Made by a program: the position numbers and the translations under genes
Virus record (IMG/VR): IMGVR_UViG_3300042997_000442
DNA: 64,000 nucleotides
Strand: one strand, 5' to 3'
Source of the DNA: an uncultured virus (IMG/VR IMGVR_UViG_3300042997_000442)
Lineage: Duplodnaviria > Heunggongvirae > Uroviricota > Caudoviricetes
Shown: positions 9,710 to 17,860 of the stretch, piece by piece
Layout of the letters: the number at the start of each line of letters is the position of its first letter
How positions within the stretch are numbered: position 1 is the stretch's first letter
Notes under the pieces: generated by a model
The model's database searches: none
What the model was told of the DNA's origin: nothing
The model's input: the letters and a program-made list of their open reading frames with translations, nothing else

Positions 9710-11074
9710 TTAGTTGTAATTCATTACTTCTGCTACAAAGTAAAAAGAACTTGGTCCTTTCGTAAACCTTACACTTTTTCCAGCAGGTATTGTGTAAGGA
9801 TCCGTAAGATAATTTAATCCTAGCAATGTATAATGCCATAATGGGGTTTGTAATAATCTAATATCTATTGTTGTAGAACCATTTGTAACTATAACTGACT
9901 CTCCAACATTAGTAAAACTTGTAAATAATCTTATATAATTATCGGTGGCATTGGTAGGTGTTACCGTACTAATATCACTATTAACGTTAGACGAATTAAT
10001 AAGTGCTAATGATACTGTGCTAAAATTTCCTGTTGTTGTTTTTCTTGGTGAAAATAATAAATGAGAGGACCATCTTTCAAATCCATTAACATTTCCTAAA
10101 TAAGTTAATTCAGTAGATCTTTTTACATCTAAAAGTAAAGGGTTTTCAAAAGTTTCATTTCCGTTAACCAAAGTTGAAATATTAGTGTAAAATGTTACGT
10201 TTACACCAGGTTCTGCTTTTATTTGAGCAGTATAAGAACTTGTGTTTCTAATAAATATTTTTTTACCTATTTTAGTTTGGTCATTTGAATAATTTGGAAC
10301 TGAATAATAAACGTTGGAATTATCAACAATAGCAGTGGTAAGAACATCTACAGTTATAGGTATCGGTGAACTAAAACTTCCACCAGGAATCGATGCGTTT
10401 GTTAAAGGTACGTCTATAGCAGAAAGACCCTGCGGTCCAGTTAAACCTGTTGCTCCCTGTGGTCCCATAGGTCCTGTAAGTCCAATTGGACCTTGTATTC
10501 CCTGTGGTCCCATAGGTCCTGTTGCGCCTGTTGGTCCAGTAAGTCCTATTGGCCCTTGAGCACCAGTGGCACCTGTTGGTCCAGTAGATCCTTGAGATGC
10601 TAATAATGCCCAACGAGTAGGATCATTTATTGGTTGTGTATTTCCAATTTGTCCTGATCCTGCTGGAACTGGTGATATACAAAAGTATGATGCTCCATTA
10701 TAATTAACAACATCATTCACTTCATACGCAAGATACTTGTTCCAATATCCTGCCCACGCTAGACCTCCTGGTCCTACAGGTCCTTCATTTCCCTGAATAC
10801 CTTGTGCTCCTTGAGCACCAGTCGCGCCAGTCGGTCCTTGTATTCCTTGCGGTCCTTGCGGTCCTGGTATACCTTGCGGTCCAGTGGGTCCAACCGGACC
10901 TTGAGCTCCAGTAGGTCCAGAAGCGCTTAACCCAAGTGTTATATATTGTTTTAAACCACCAACTGTGAAGTTTTTAGTTTTACCATATTCTGATCCAATG
11001 TCACCATTTGTACCAACTACTTTATCAGCATCTATTATGTTGTTATCGTCAACATAAGTTGTTATTTTTGCCAT
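9710..11074 (-). CDS. Collagen-like tail fibre protein
   Basis: Two G-X-Y collagen runs flanking a [14 protein letters not shown] module; N-terminus similar to 876..4217. Confidence 0.85.
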   Translation of the reverse strand: MAKITTYVDDNNIIDADKVVGTNGDIGSEYGKTKNFTVGGLKQYITLGLSASGPTGAQGPVGPTGPQGIPGPQGPQGIQGPTGATGAQGAQGIQGNEGPVGPGGLAWAGYWNKYLAYEVNDVVNYNGASYFCISPVPAGSGQIGNTQPINDPTRWALLASQGSTGPTGATGAQGPIGLTGPTGATGPMGPQGIQGPIGLTGPMGPQGATGLTGPQGLSAIDVPLTNASIPGGSFSSPIPITVDVLTTAIVDNSNVYYSVPNYSNDQTKIGKKIFIRNTSSYTAQIKAEPGVNVTFYTNISTLVNGNETFENPLLLDVKRSTELTYLGNVNGFERWSSHLLFSPRKTTTGNFSTVSLALINSSNVNSDISTVTPTNATDNYIRLFTSFTNVGESVIVTNGSTTIDIRLLQTPLWHYTLLGLNYLTDPYTIPAGKSVRFTKGPSSFYFVAEVMNYN

Positions 11075-11075
11075 T

Positions 11076-11222
11076 TTATTTCTTTTTTGTTTTAGCTTTT
11101 ATTTTTTTCTCTTGTTGTAACATTGCTTTAGTAGGTTTTTTACCAGAACCTTTATTCTCTCTAATGTTATCCCAAAGACCTCTTTTTGAATAACTACCGT
11201 CTTTTCTTTTTAACAGTTCCAT
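11076..11222 (-). CDS. Small basic protein (48 aa, not in ORF track)
   Basis: Manual translation [40 protein letters not shown]...; fills the operon gap. Confidence 0.55.
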   Translation of the reverse strand: MELLKRKDGSYSKRGLWDNIRENKGSGKKPTKAMLQQEKKIKAKTKKK

Positions 11223-11515
11223 TTGTCTAATGCTAATTTTTTTCTAGTTGGTTCTCCATTTGGTTTTTTCATTGGACCTGGCATACCTGACATTCTAGCA
11301 CAAAAAGATTTTCTACGTTTAGCGTCTTTGCTACCTGCTTTTAATTCCGATGGTTTCTTAGTTACAGCTGTCTGTAATTTACTACCTGGATGTTGTGCTC
11401 TATAACTTGCAACTCCTTTAGCGTTTAATCCTCCTTTTGGATCCTTGCCCTCTTTACGTGTCCATGCCGCGGTTTTTTTCATAGGAGAAGGACAGTCACA
11501 TGCTTTTTTCTTCAT
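11210..11515 (-). CDS. Conserved small basic phage protein (DUF6321-like)
   Basis: AWTRKEGKDPKGGLNAKGVASY...RRKSFCARM, a pattern common in aquatic phage late regions. Confidence 0.65.
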   Translation of the reverse strand: MKKKACDCPSPMKKTAAWTRKEGKDPKGGLNAKGVASYRAQHPGSKLQTAVTKKPSELKAGSKDAKRRKSFCARMSGMPGPMKKPNGEPTRKKLALDKWNC

Positions 11516-11766
11516 TACTTTACTATTTCTTTAGATTTATTAGTTCTAGTTCCTTTACCATATTCTCCTCTGTTTTCTTTTACAGAAACAAATTTTCTCT
11601 TGGTATGGTCAAAATCTTTACCTTTAACACTTTCACCTTTTTTAATAGCCGCTCTCCTCAATCTCTGGTCCTCTGCCTTCTTTGCTCTTCTGTCTGGTGT
11701 TTTAGCATAAGCCAAATCTCTGGCAGCTTTTTTTCTTGCCGCTAATGGTGATAATTTTTGTGGCAT
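11515..11766 (-). CDS. Small basic protein with degenerate HNH-like motif
   Basis: GKDFDH...SVKENRG. Confidence 0.5.
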   Translation of the reverse strand: MPQKLSPLAARKKAARDLAYAKTPDRRAKKAEDQRLRRAAIKKGESVKGKDFDHTKRKFVSVKENRGEYGKGTRTNKSKEIVK

Positions 11767-11768
11767 AA

Positions 11769-12266
11769 TTACAATGTATCAGATTCTATTTTTCTTTTTA
11801 ATTTTTCAGCATATTTACGCTGCTTTACAGTTGTTTTACCAGCGCTTTTATCTCCTGATATTATTCTAGCTACAATAGTTTCTTTTATATCTTGAGGATT
11901 TTCAGAATAAGCATTACCATTATTAATGGCACTAAATGACTTCTTCTGCGAACGTCTCAATCTCATGTTCGGTCTTTCGTTACTTTCACTATTACGCATA
12001 TATAAACGAGCTGTTTCATTTGTTCTAATAGCGTTTTTTTCTTCATTACTTAAACTAGAGTAAGGATTAATAATAACGCGGTTATCTTCAGCAGCCATAC
12101 CTCCTACATTAGGATTTTTTTTAAAATAAGCATCTTCTCCAGGATATAATTCTTTTCTTTCAGAAAATTTACCTTTTGGTTTTTCTTGTTTTAATGGAGA
12201 ACTATATTTCTTTAATGGAGAATTACCAGACTTACCAGCCCAATGTTTTGCTATTGATGATCTCAT
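11769..12266 (-). CDS. SPLK-motif protein, possibly a degenerate zincin fold
   Basis: NSPLKK and SSPLKQ; GMAAEDNRVIINP...NETAR resembles a zincin core without His ligands. Confidence 0.5.
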   Translation of the reverse strand: MRSSIAKHWAGKSGNSPLKKYSSPLKQEKPKGKFSERKELYPGEDAYFKKNPNVGGMAAEDNRVIINPYSSLSNEEKNAIRTNETARLYMRNSESNERPNMRLRRSQKKSFSAINNGNAYSENPQDIKETIVARIISGDKSAGKTTVKQRKYAEKLKRKIESDTL

Positions 12267-12328
12267 TTATATGTGCGTTATTTATATACAATATATTACA
12301 CATTGTAATCACTAGTTAAGACTATAGT

Positions 12329-12373
12329 ATGACAATAGCCTGTTATTCTATTTATTTAACAGCCTAATGTCAT
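12329..12373. promoter_or_regulatory. Inverted-repeat site copy 1 (ATGACAATAG-N25-CTAATGTCAT)
   Basis: One of four dispersed copies. Confidence 0.75.
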
Positions 12374-12638
12374 GTTGATACTGTATCATATTTAATGCAT
12401 TATGCGTGTTTTTGCATTTAATATAGGACATTAGATATTGAGAAGGTTGGTGTGGTACCCTATTTTTTTTAGCTGACTTGCAAAAAGGAAAATGGTTTGA
12501 AATCGAGGACCGGCCCTTCGTTTTTAGGAAATGACGATAATGTTTTGCGTATTAGTTATTTTTGCGGAAAGTATTCACCTTTTACCCTGGCATATTGGCG
12601 ATGATGGCATATAACAACGCGCGCAGCGCGTGTATAGC

Positions 12639-12670
12639 AACAAACCAAAAACGGTGTTGTCGTGATAATA
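12639..12670 (+). promoter_or_regulatory. Putative early promoter P1
   Basis: AACAAACCAAAAACG-N10-GATAATA upstream of ORF 12697. Confidence 0.8.
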
Positions 12671-12696
12671 ACTACGTAACCCTTAAATAATAGATC

Positions 12697-12957
12697 ATGT
12701 CTAAAAAAGAAACAGCAGTTGCTACTGCACCGACTAAAATTATCAAAAGATTTGTAATCGCTAAATCTATGGTTGGAAAGAACCAACTACTAGAATTTAC
12801 TAACAAGAAAGGTCAACAATGTATCTACAACCACGATGTAGTATACGAGCAATTGAAAGACAAGTTCGAAGCTATGGAATGCTTTGCCAAGTACAAGTCT
12901 TATACCAATACTAACGATCTTCCTGTATTCGTGCGCAACTTACCAACATTGGTATAA
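12697..12957 (+). CDS. Early protein, paralog 1 of 3
   Basis: KRFVIAKS...KYKSYTNTNDLPVFVR shared with 13232 and 13765. Confidence 0.85.
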   Translation: MSKKETAVATAPTKIIKRFVIAKSMVGKNQLLEFTNKKGQQCIYNHDVVYEQLKDKFEAMECFAKYKSYTNTNDLPVFVRNLPTLV

Positions 12958-12962
12958 CTGAT

Positions 12963-12989
12963 CGACCTAAGCAAGTCGTTAAACTGCTT
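12963..12989 (+). ncRNA. Small H-type pseudoknot motif, copy 1
   Basis: CGAC-CTAAGCAA-GTCG-TTAAAC-TGCTT; stem covaries with copy 2. Confidence 0.6.
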
Positions 12990-13171
12990 TATTTTTTTAA
13001 CCTGTAATTTAAGATCCTATGATAAATCGTAGTCGCCTCGTTGTACATTCTATTCAAGTATTCATGATCCTTGCTTTGGTGTTTAGTTCCTGCATTGGTA
13101 TATTCTTATGTGGATTGTGGTTTTGTGGATACAAAGTATTCTAAGTTAACAACACGCGTAGCGTGTATAGC

Positions 13172-13203
13172 AACAAACTAAAAACGACGTTACTGTGATA
13201 ATA
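13172..13203 (+). promoter_or_regulatory. Putative early promoter P2
   Basis: AACAAACTAAAAACG-N10-GATAATA. Confidence 0.8.
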
Positions 13204-13231
13204 TAACTGTAATCATTAAATCTTATATATC

Positions 13232-13471
13232 ATGAAAAATCAAGAAATTAAAACAGTTAAAAGATTCGTTATCGCTAAATCTATGATCGGTAAAAATCTA
13301 GTGCTAGAATTTAAGAACAAGAAAGAAGTGATCGTTCAGTACAATCATGACAAAGTGTACGAGCAATTAAAAGATCGCTTTGAAGCAATGCCGTGTTTTG
13401 CTAAATATAAATCTTATACTAACACTAACGATCTACCAGTATTTGTTAGAGAATTGAAAGAGATTATATAA
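13232..13471 (+). CDS. Early protein, paralog 2 of 3
   Basis: High similarity to 12697..12957. Confidence 0.85.
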   Translation: MKNQEIKTVKRFVIAKSMIGKNLVLEFKNKKEVIVQYNHDKVYEQLKDRFEAMPCFAKYKSYTNTNDLPVFVRELKEII

Positions 13472-13477
13472 CGATCA

Positions 13478-13505
13478 AGAGCTAAGCAACTCTATAAACT
13501 GCTTA
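13478..13505 (+). ncRNA. Small H-type pseudoknot motif, copy 2
   Basis: AGAG-CTAAGCAA-CTCT-ATAAAC-TGCTTA. Confidence 0.6.
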
Positions 13506-13603
13506 TTATTTAACATTGATATACCGTAATCTACACGGTGTATAGCATCCACTATTACCTCAACCCGCGCTTGACTTTTCTATAACTAATCCACAAGAAC
13601 AGT

Positions 13604-13649
13604 ATGACAATAGCCCCTTACTCTACCTTACTTAATACCCTAATGTCAT
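13604..13649. promoter_or_regulatory. Inverted-repeat site copy 2
   Basis: ATGACAATAG-N26-CTAATGTCAT. Confidence 0.75.
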
Positions 13650-13705
13650 GCTCTGAATTATGCTTGACTTGGTGCATTCCATTAATAGTGTATAGCATGT
13701 ATAGC

Positions 13706-13737
13706 AACAAACTAAAAACGGACTTTTGGGGATAATA
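13706..13737 (+). promoter_or_regulatory. Putative early promoter P3
   Basis: AACAAACTAAAAACG-N10-GATAATA. Confidence 0.8.
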
Positions 13738-13764
13738 TATCTGTAACCAATTAAAAATAACATT

Positions 13765-14028
13765 ATGGGTAAATCAGTAAAAACACCGGAAATTATTAAA
13801 AACAACTTGACTTCGAAGCGCTTTGTTATCAGAAAGGCTCTAGTCGGCACTAACACAGTAATAACCTTTGTAAATAAAAAAGGCATAGAAATTACTTATG
13901 ACCACGACGTAGTATATAACGCTCTAAAGGACAAGTTTGACTCGATGGAGTGTTTTAACAAGTACAAATCGTATACTAATACCAATGACTTACCAGTATT
14001 TGTAAGAAGTCTACCGAGTTTAGTGTAG
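13765..14028 (+). CDS. Early protein, paralog 3 of 3
   Basis: High similarity to 12697..12957. Confidence 0.85.
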   Translation: MGKSVKTPEIIKNNLTSKRFVIRKALVGTNTVITFVNKKGIEITYDHDVVYNALKDKFDSMECFNKYKSYTNTNDLPVFVRSLPSLV

Positions 14029-14113
14029 TCAGATACAGAGGGGTGTAGTATATAACCTCATCCCTCTTCTATTCAAGTAAATATTTAATCACCTAACTAA
14101 AAATAACGTAACC

Positions 14114-14347
14114 ATGAGTAAATTAACATTAAAAGGTATTTTAGAGCCTACAAGTAAAATCACTTTAGACGGTCAGGATTACTATGCAAGTCACAGTATA
14201 TCACCTAACTACAAGTTTAAAAGAAATGTACTTCATACAGAATTAGAAATGCGTAGAATGTTCGCGAGATTAGAAGAAAGTACTAGTTCAATAGTATACA
14301 AAGGTATAACTTACTACGCTATTGATTTAGAAGACAGAGGATGGTAA
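14114..14347 (+). CDS. Hypothetical early protein
   Basis: ORF in early cluster. Confidence 0.6.
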   Translation: MSKLTLKGILEPTSKITLDGQDYYASHSISPNYKFKRNVLHTELEMRRMFARLEESTSSIVYKGITYYAIDLEDRGW

Positions 14348-14348
14348 T

Positions 14349-14380
14349 AACAAACTAAATACGCGCTTTGATTGATAATA
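14349..14380 (+). promoter_or_regulatory. Putative early promoter P4
   Basis: AACAAACTAAATACG-N10-GATAATA. Confidence 0.8.
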
Positions 14381-14410
14381 TAACTGTAATTAATATAAAA
14401 AACGTAACCT

Positions 14411-14680
14411 ATGAAGCTAAAAACTCAGATTAATCAAGTCAACACATTAACAGATGTTAGAAAATTCTTTGAAGAGATTACTTACGATTGTAGTATTGCT
14501 TTTCACCCTGACGAGTCATTTCATAACTATGTACATTTAGATACTGACGAGAAGACGTTCAGTAAAACAGAAGCAGATAGATTAGACAGAATACTAGTAA
14601 AATGCTTTATAATCTGTACAGACAAGAATAAAGATATATACGACTTATGTCTTAGTGTATTAGAAGAGTATGAATTTTAA
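14411..14680 (+). CDS. Hypothetical early protein
   Basis: Downstream of P4; AFHPDESF motif. Confidence 0.65.
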   Translation: MKLKTQINQVNTLTDVRKFFEEITYDCSIAFHPDESFHNYVHLDTDEKTFSKTEADRLDRILVKCFIICTDKNKDIYDLCLSVLEEYEF

Positions 14681-14692
14681 ATTATAGAAACT

Positions 14693-14986
14693 ATGGTAGA
14701 TAAAACAAACAGAGATACGAGTGGTACTTCATTTTATGGTATTACTTTCGATGCTTCAGTAGAGCAAATAATAAGAATGTTCGGTGAACCTAGCTATGAA
14801 GATAACACCGGTCATGGCAAAGTAAACTTCGAGTGGGATATGGAAACTATCGACGGTGATGTGTTCACTATATACGACTGGAAAGAATACAGAAAATTAA
14901 AATTAACAGAAATTATAAATTGGCATATCGGTGCTAAGTCAAGATCTATTTCAATACAAGCATTAGACGAAATACTAGAACTATGA
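14693..14986 (+). CDS. Conserved hypothetical phage early protein
   Basis: GTSFYG...FGEP...KVNFEW...FTIYDWK...WHIG pattern. Confidence 0.7.
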   Translation: MVDKTNRDTSGTSFYGITFDASVEQIIRMFGEPSYEDNTGHGKVNFEWDMETIDGDVFTIYDWKEYRKLKLTEIINWHIGAKSRSISIQALDEILEL

Positions 14987-15261
14987 AACTTATACCTGAA
15001 CTTAGTATAGACGTAGAAGATGTAGCAACATACATTCATACTCACGAAGAAGTAACACTATTTGTTACAACCACTAATGGACTAATTAGTTCAATTACAT
15101 TTGAAGATATAGTAGCAAATGAATATGTAGAATTATTCTTTGATATATACAAAGGCGAATGCTACTATATGTCTTTAAACGACAAACCTTTTAACGGCGA
15201 TATTCCTTATATTAATAACTTATATTTAGAATTAACAGCAGAATTATTTTTAAAGACATAG
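14983..15261 (+). CDS. Hypothetical early protein
   Basis: ATGA overlap with the upstream gene. Confidence 0.6.
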   Translation: MKLIPELSIDVEDVATYIHTHEEVTLFVTTTNGLISSITFEDIVANEYVELFFDIYKGECYYMSLNDKPFNGDIPYINNLYLELTAELFLKT

Positions 15262-15327
15262 CGAGTGGTTACGCTAGGTGGAAGAGCGTGGATATATTTA
15301 AGTTATCATCTACGCTCTGAAACCTTA

Positions 15328-15359
15328 AACAAACTAAATACGTACTTGTTGCGATAATA
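15328..15359 (+). promoter_or_regulatory. Putative early promoter P5
   Basis: AACAAACTAAATACG-N10-GATAATA. Confidence 0.8.
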
Positions 15360-15484
15360 ATCTTGAATTTAATAATTTAAAACTATATAAACATGAGAAA
15401 AAGATTTGTAATTTTCGTACTAAGATTTAAAAAAGAACTACGTGAAACCGGCGCTAACGCGAGTTATGCTATACACCGTTAATT

Positions 15485-15718
15485 ATGGCAATTATAAGCG
15501 AATCAATAGAACTTAGAGGCGTTGTACTTGATGTAGAATTAGACTATATACCAAGTGAACCAATGGTTATGTACTATTCAGACGGTAGTGGTTACCCTGG
15601 TAGTCCAGCAGAGATAAGTATTATTAATGTCAAGATCGAGAATCAAGACGTTATGGAATTATTAGAAGATTATTTAGATGAGATAACTGATTTATTATAC
15701 GAAAAACTAGAGTCATGA
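15485..15718 (+). CDS. Acidic hypothetical early protein
   Basis: YSDGSGYPGSP motif; strongly acidic. Confidence 0.65.
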   Translation: MAIISESIELRGVVLDVELDYIPSEPMVMYYSDGSGYPGSPAEISIINVKIENQDVMELLEDYLDEITDLLYEKLES

Positions 15719-15954
15719 AAGAAAGATTAAACACATTACAAGAATTAGTAGACAAAGGATTAGATTTAGATTTATTTTACCATGTGTCTTTTGACAATTG
15801 TGGAACGATATCACTACAAGGTGGTATGAAATACGACACTATTAGAATATTAGGTGAAAAACATGGTGTAGTTTTTCAGAACGAAACAGACTCTGGCTTT
15901 TTAAGAGGTAACTTTGATCACAATGGAACAAACGTTAGATTTGTATTATCTTAA
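15715..15954 (+). CDS. Hypothetical early protein
   Basis: ATGA overlap. Confidence 0.6.
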   Translation: MKERLNTLQELVDKGLDLDLFYHVSFDNCGTISLQGGMKYDTIRILGEKHGVVFQNETDSGFLRGNFDHNGTNVRFVLS

Positions 15955-15966
15955 AACATAGAAATT

Positions 15967-16272
15967 ATGAGTTATAAAATAGTAGAAAGTAAACAAATAG
16001 TATGGTGTGGTCAAGATGATAGGTATGTATTAATAATTAGACATGGTGGTTGCATAGTTGGTTTAAACTTTATGCAAGGTGATGAACTTGATCTCTTCAA
16101 AAAAGATTTCAACTACATAGATGAGAAGTTAACCGACTTCTATGTAGCAATAGATTCGTATTTAAGTGGTGAAAGTGAACTTGACCGTATTAACCAAGCA
16201 ATGTGGGCTTACTTTTCCTATACCGAATTAAGAGCAGAAAGAAATTGTAACAAACAAAAAATAGAATTATGA
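15967..16272 (+). CDS. Hypothetical early protein
   Basis: ORF in early cluster. Confidence 0.6.
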   Translation: MSYKIVESKQIVWCGQDDRYVLIIRHGGCIVGLNFMQGDELDLFKKDFNYIDEKLTDFYVAIDSYLSGESELDRINQAMWAYFSYTELRAERNCNKQKIEL

Positions 16273-16382
16273 GCATGGTAAGCGATTGTTGTGGCGCGGC
16301 AACTGATATGACTGAATACGGTTTATGTCCTGATTGTTTAGAACACTGTGAATTCTTTGACGACGAAGAAGATGAGCAGTAG
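16269..16382 (+). CDS. Tiny Cys-rich (zinc-ribbon-like) protein, 37 aa
   Basis: Manual translation MSMVSDCCGAATDMTEYGLCPDCLEHCEFFDDEEDEQ. Confidence 0.6.
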   Translation: MSMVSDCCGAATDMTEYGLCPDCLEHCEFFDDEEDEQ

Positions 16383-16477
16383 TGATGTAGTAATGTCGAT
16401 ATGTATCTTTTATGGTACATTCGCAATAGGAGCAGTATTTTTAAAATGGTTTAACGATAAATATAACTAAATAAATT

Positions 16478-16651
16478 ATGGCAAAGTATAAAGTAAGAAT
16501 TACAGAGTATTTAAGTAGAATTGTAGAAGTAGAAGTTAGTGATGAAGAGTATGCTATTAAAGTAGTTAAAGACGAGTATCACGATGGAGAAATAGTATTA
16601 GACTATGGAGACTTTGATGACGTAGAGTTTTCACTATGTAAAGAAGATTAG
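16478..16651 (+). CDS. DpnD/PcfM-like small acidic protein, 57 aa
   Basis: Manual translation MAKYKVRITEYLSRIVEVEVSDEEYAIKVVKDEYHDGEIVLDYGDF... Confidence 0.6.
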   Translation: MAKYKVRITEYLSRIVEVEVSDEEYAIKVVKDEYHDGEIVLDYGDFDDVEFSLCKED

Positions 16652-16654
16652 ATT

Positions 16655-16686
16655 AACAAACTAAATACGTACTTGTTGTGATAATA
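16655..16686 (+). promoter_or_regulatory. Putative early promoter P6
   Basis: AACAAACTAAATACG-N10-GATAATA. Confidence 0.8.
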
Positions 16687-16712
16687 TAACTGTAACAAAT
16701 AAATATATAAAC

Positions 16713-16862
16713 ATGGAAATTAACGAAGAACAGTATCGAATACTAGTAGAATTAATTGAAGACAAGATCTTTATGGAACAAGATGTTAATAGAGTAGAAG
16801 GTCTTGAAGAAGACGAATACCTATTAGAATTAAAAAACTTATTATATATACTAACAGTTTAA
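16713..16862 (+). CDS. Small acidic hypothetical protein
   Basis: Manual translation MEINEEQYRILVELIED...; directly after P6. Confidence 0.5.
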   Translation: MEINEEQYRILVELIEDKIFMEQDVNRVEGLEEDEYLLELKNLLYILTV

Positions 16863-16874
16863 TACTAATTAACT

Positions 16875-17081
16875 ATGAAAGCTAAAATCAAAATCAAGAA
16901 TGGTTACTGGACATTCAATGGTAGACCATTAAGTAAATGCTCTTTTCCTGAGCAACAAATAGTTTCTTTATACATTAAAAACTATATATTTAATTCTGAT
17001 GTAGAAGAAAAGATCAAGACTAAGACTGATGAGTCTTTCTTTAAAGAACAGCAATATCAATGTGAATTTACAAGAGTATGA
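16875..17081 (+). CDS. Hypothetical early protein
   Basis: ORF in early cluster. Confidence 0.55.
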   Translation: MKAKIKIKNGYWTFNGRPLSKCSFPEQQIVSLYIKNYIFNSDVEEKIKTKTDESFFKEQQYQCEFTRV

Positions 17082-17374
17082 TTCATAATAAAGAAACAAG
17101 TGAAGCTTTACATAAGATGATAAGCAAAGCAACTAATTTAAAATGGATTGATGTATCTTATGGTAATGATGAGTGTGATTCTATTGAGAATGAAGAATTA
17201 GACTTAATGATATTCTTACCTAACTTTACTGAATTCACTACGTTTAGTATGATTAAAGCTAGTGAGTACGGAGCATGTAACGATACTAGAGAATATAATA
17301 ATTTAATAGATTTATTTAGAGATATAGATAATTTAAAACACAACTACGAACTATGGACAAACAAGTGGCATTAG
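17078..17374 (+). CDS. Hypothetical early protein
   Basis: WIDVSYGNDECDS motif; ATGA overlap. Confidence 0.6.
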   Translation: MIHNKETSEALHKMISKATNLKWIDVSYGNDECDSIENEELDLMIFLPNFTEFTTFSMIKASEYGACNDTREYNNLIDLFRDIDNLKHNYELWTNKWH

Positions 17375-17595
17375 ACTTTATTAAAGCTAAAAAAGAAAGG
17401 TATGTTAAAGAGCATCGAATTGTTTTGGCAACAACTAAAAACTGTAGAGGTTTAACTCAGAAAGAGTTCGAGAAAGTTGCTATACACGGTCGACGCACGT
17501 ACAAGAAAAAGCATGTACAAAATGCTTACTGGAGAAATACTAGAGAAAGAATAGATATTAAAGATGAAAGACTAAAAAGATATATATTCCAGTAA
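17353..17595 (+). CDS. Basic hypothetical early protein
   Basis: ORF ending at P7. Confidence 0.55.
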   Translation: MDKQVALDFIKAKKERYVKEHRIVLATTKNCRGLTQKEFEKVAIHGRRTYKKKHVQNAYWRNTRERIDIKDERLKRYIFQ

Positions 17596-17625
17596 CAAAC
17601 CAAAAACGAACTAATTGTGATAATA
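17594..17625 (+). promoter_or_regulatory. Putative early promoter P7
   Basis: AACAAACCAAAAACG-N10-GATAATA. Confidence 0.8.
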
Positions 17626-17649
17626 TATACGTAACCAAAATAAAATAAT

Positions 17650-17859
17650 ATGGAAAGAACTAAAGACTTCATAGATCAAATGATGGAATTTGAATCAGGT
17701 ATGCTCAACGATAAAGAAATAATAGAAATGTTTTCTGGCATGATCAAAGATCACGGAATGGTATGGCAATTACAAGGTCATTATGGTAGATTCGCATCTT
17801 CTCTTATAGAAAATGGTTGGTTAGATAAAGAAGGTAATATATTAAAAGAACTAGAATAA
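17650..17859 (+). CDS. Conserved small phage protein
   Basis: VWQLQGHYGR motif seen in small phage early proteins. Confidence 0.65.
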   Translation: MERTKDFIDQMMEFESGMLNDKEIIEMFSGMIKDHGMVWQLQGHYGRFASSLIENGWLDKEGNILKELE

Positions 17860-17860
17860 T

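Noticed and set aside
13109..13596. DnaA-box-like words (TGTGGATTG, TGTGGATAC, TAATCCACA)
   Set aside because: All are mismatched and few, so they cannot be told from chance
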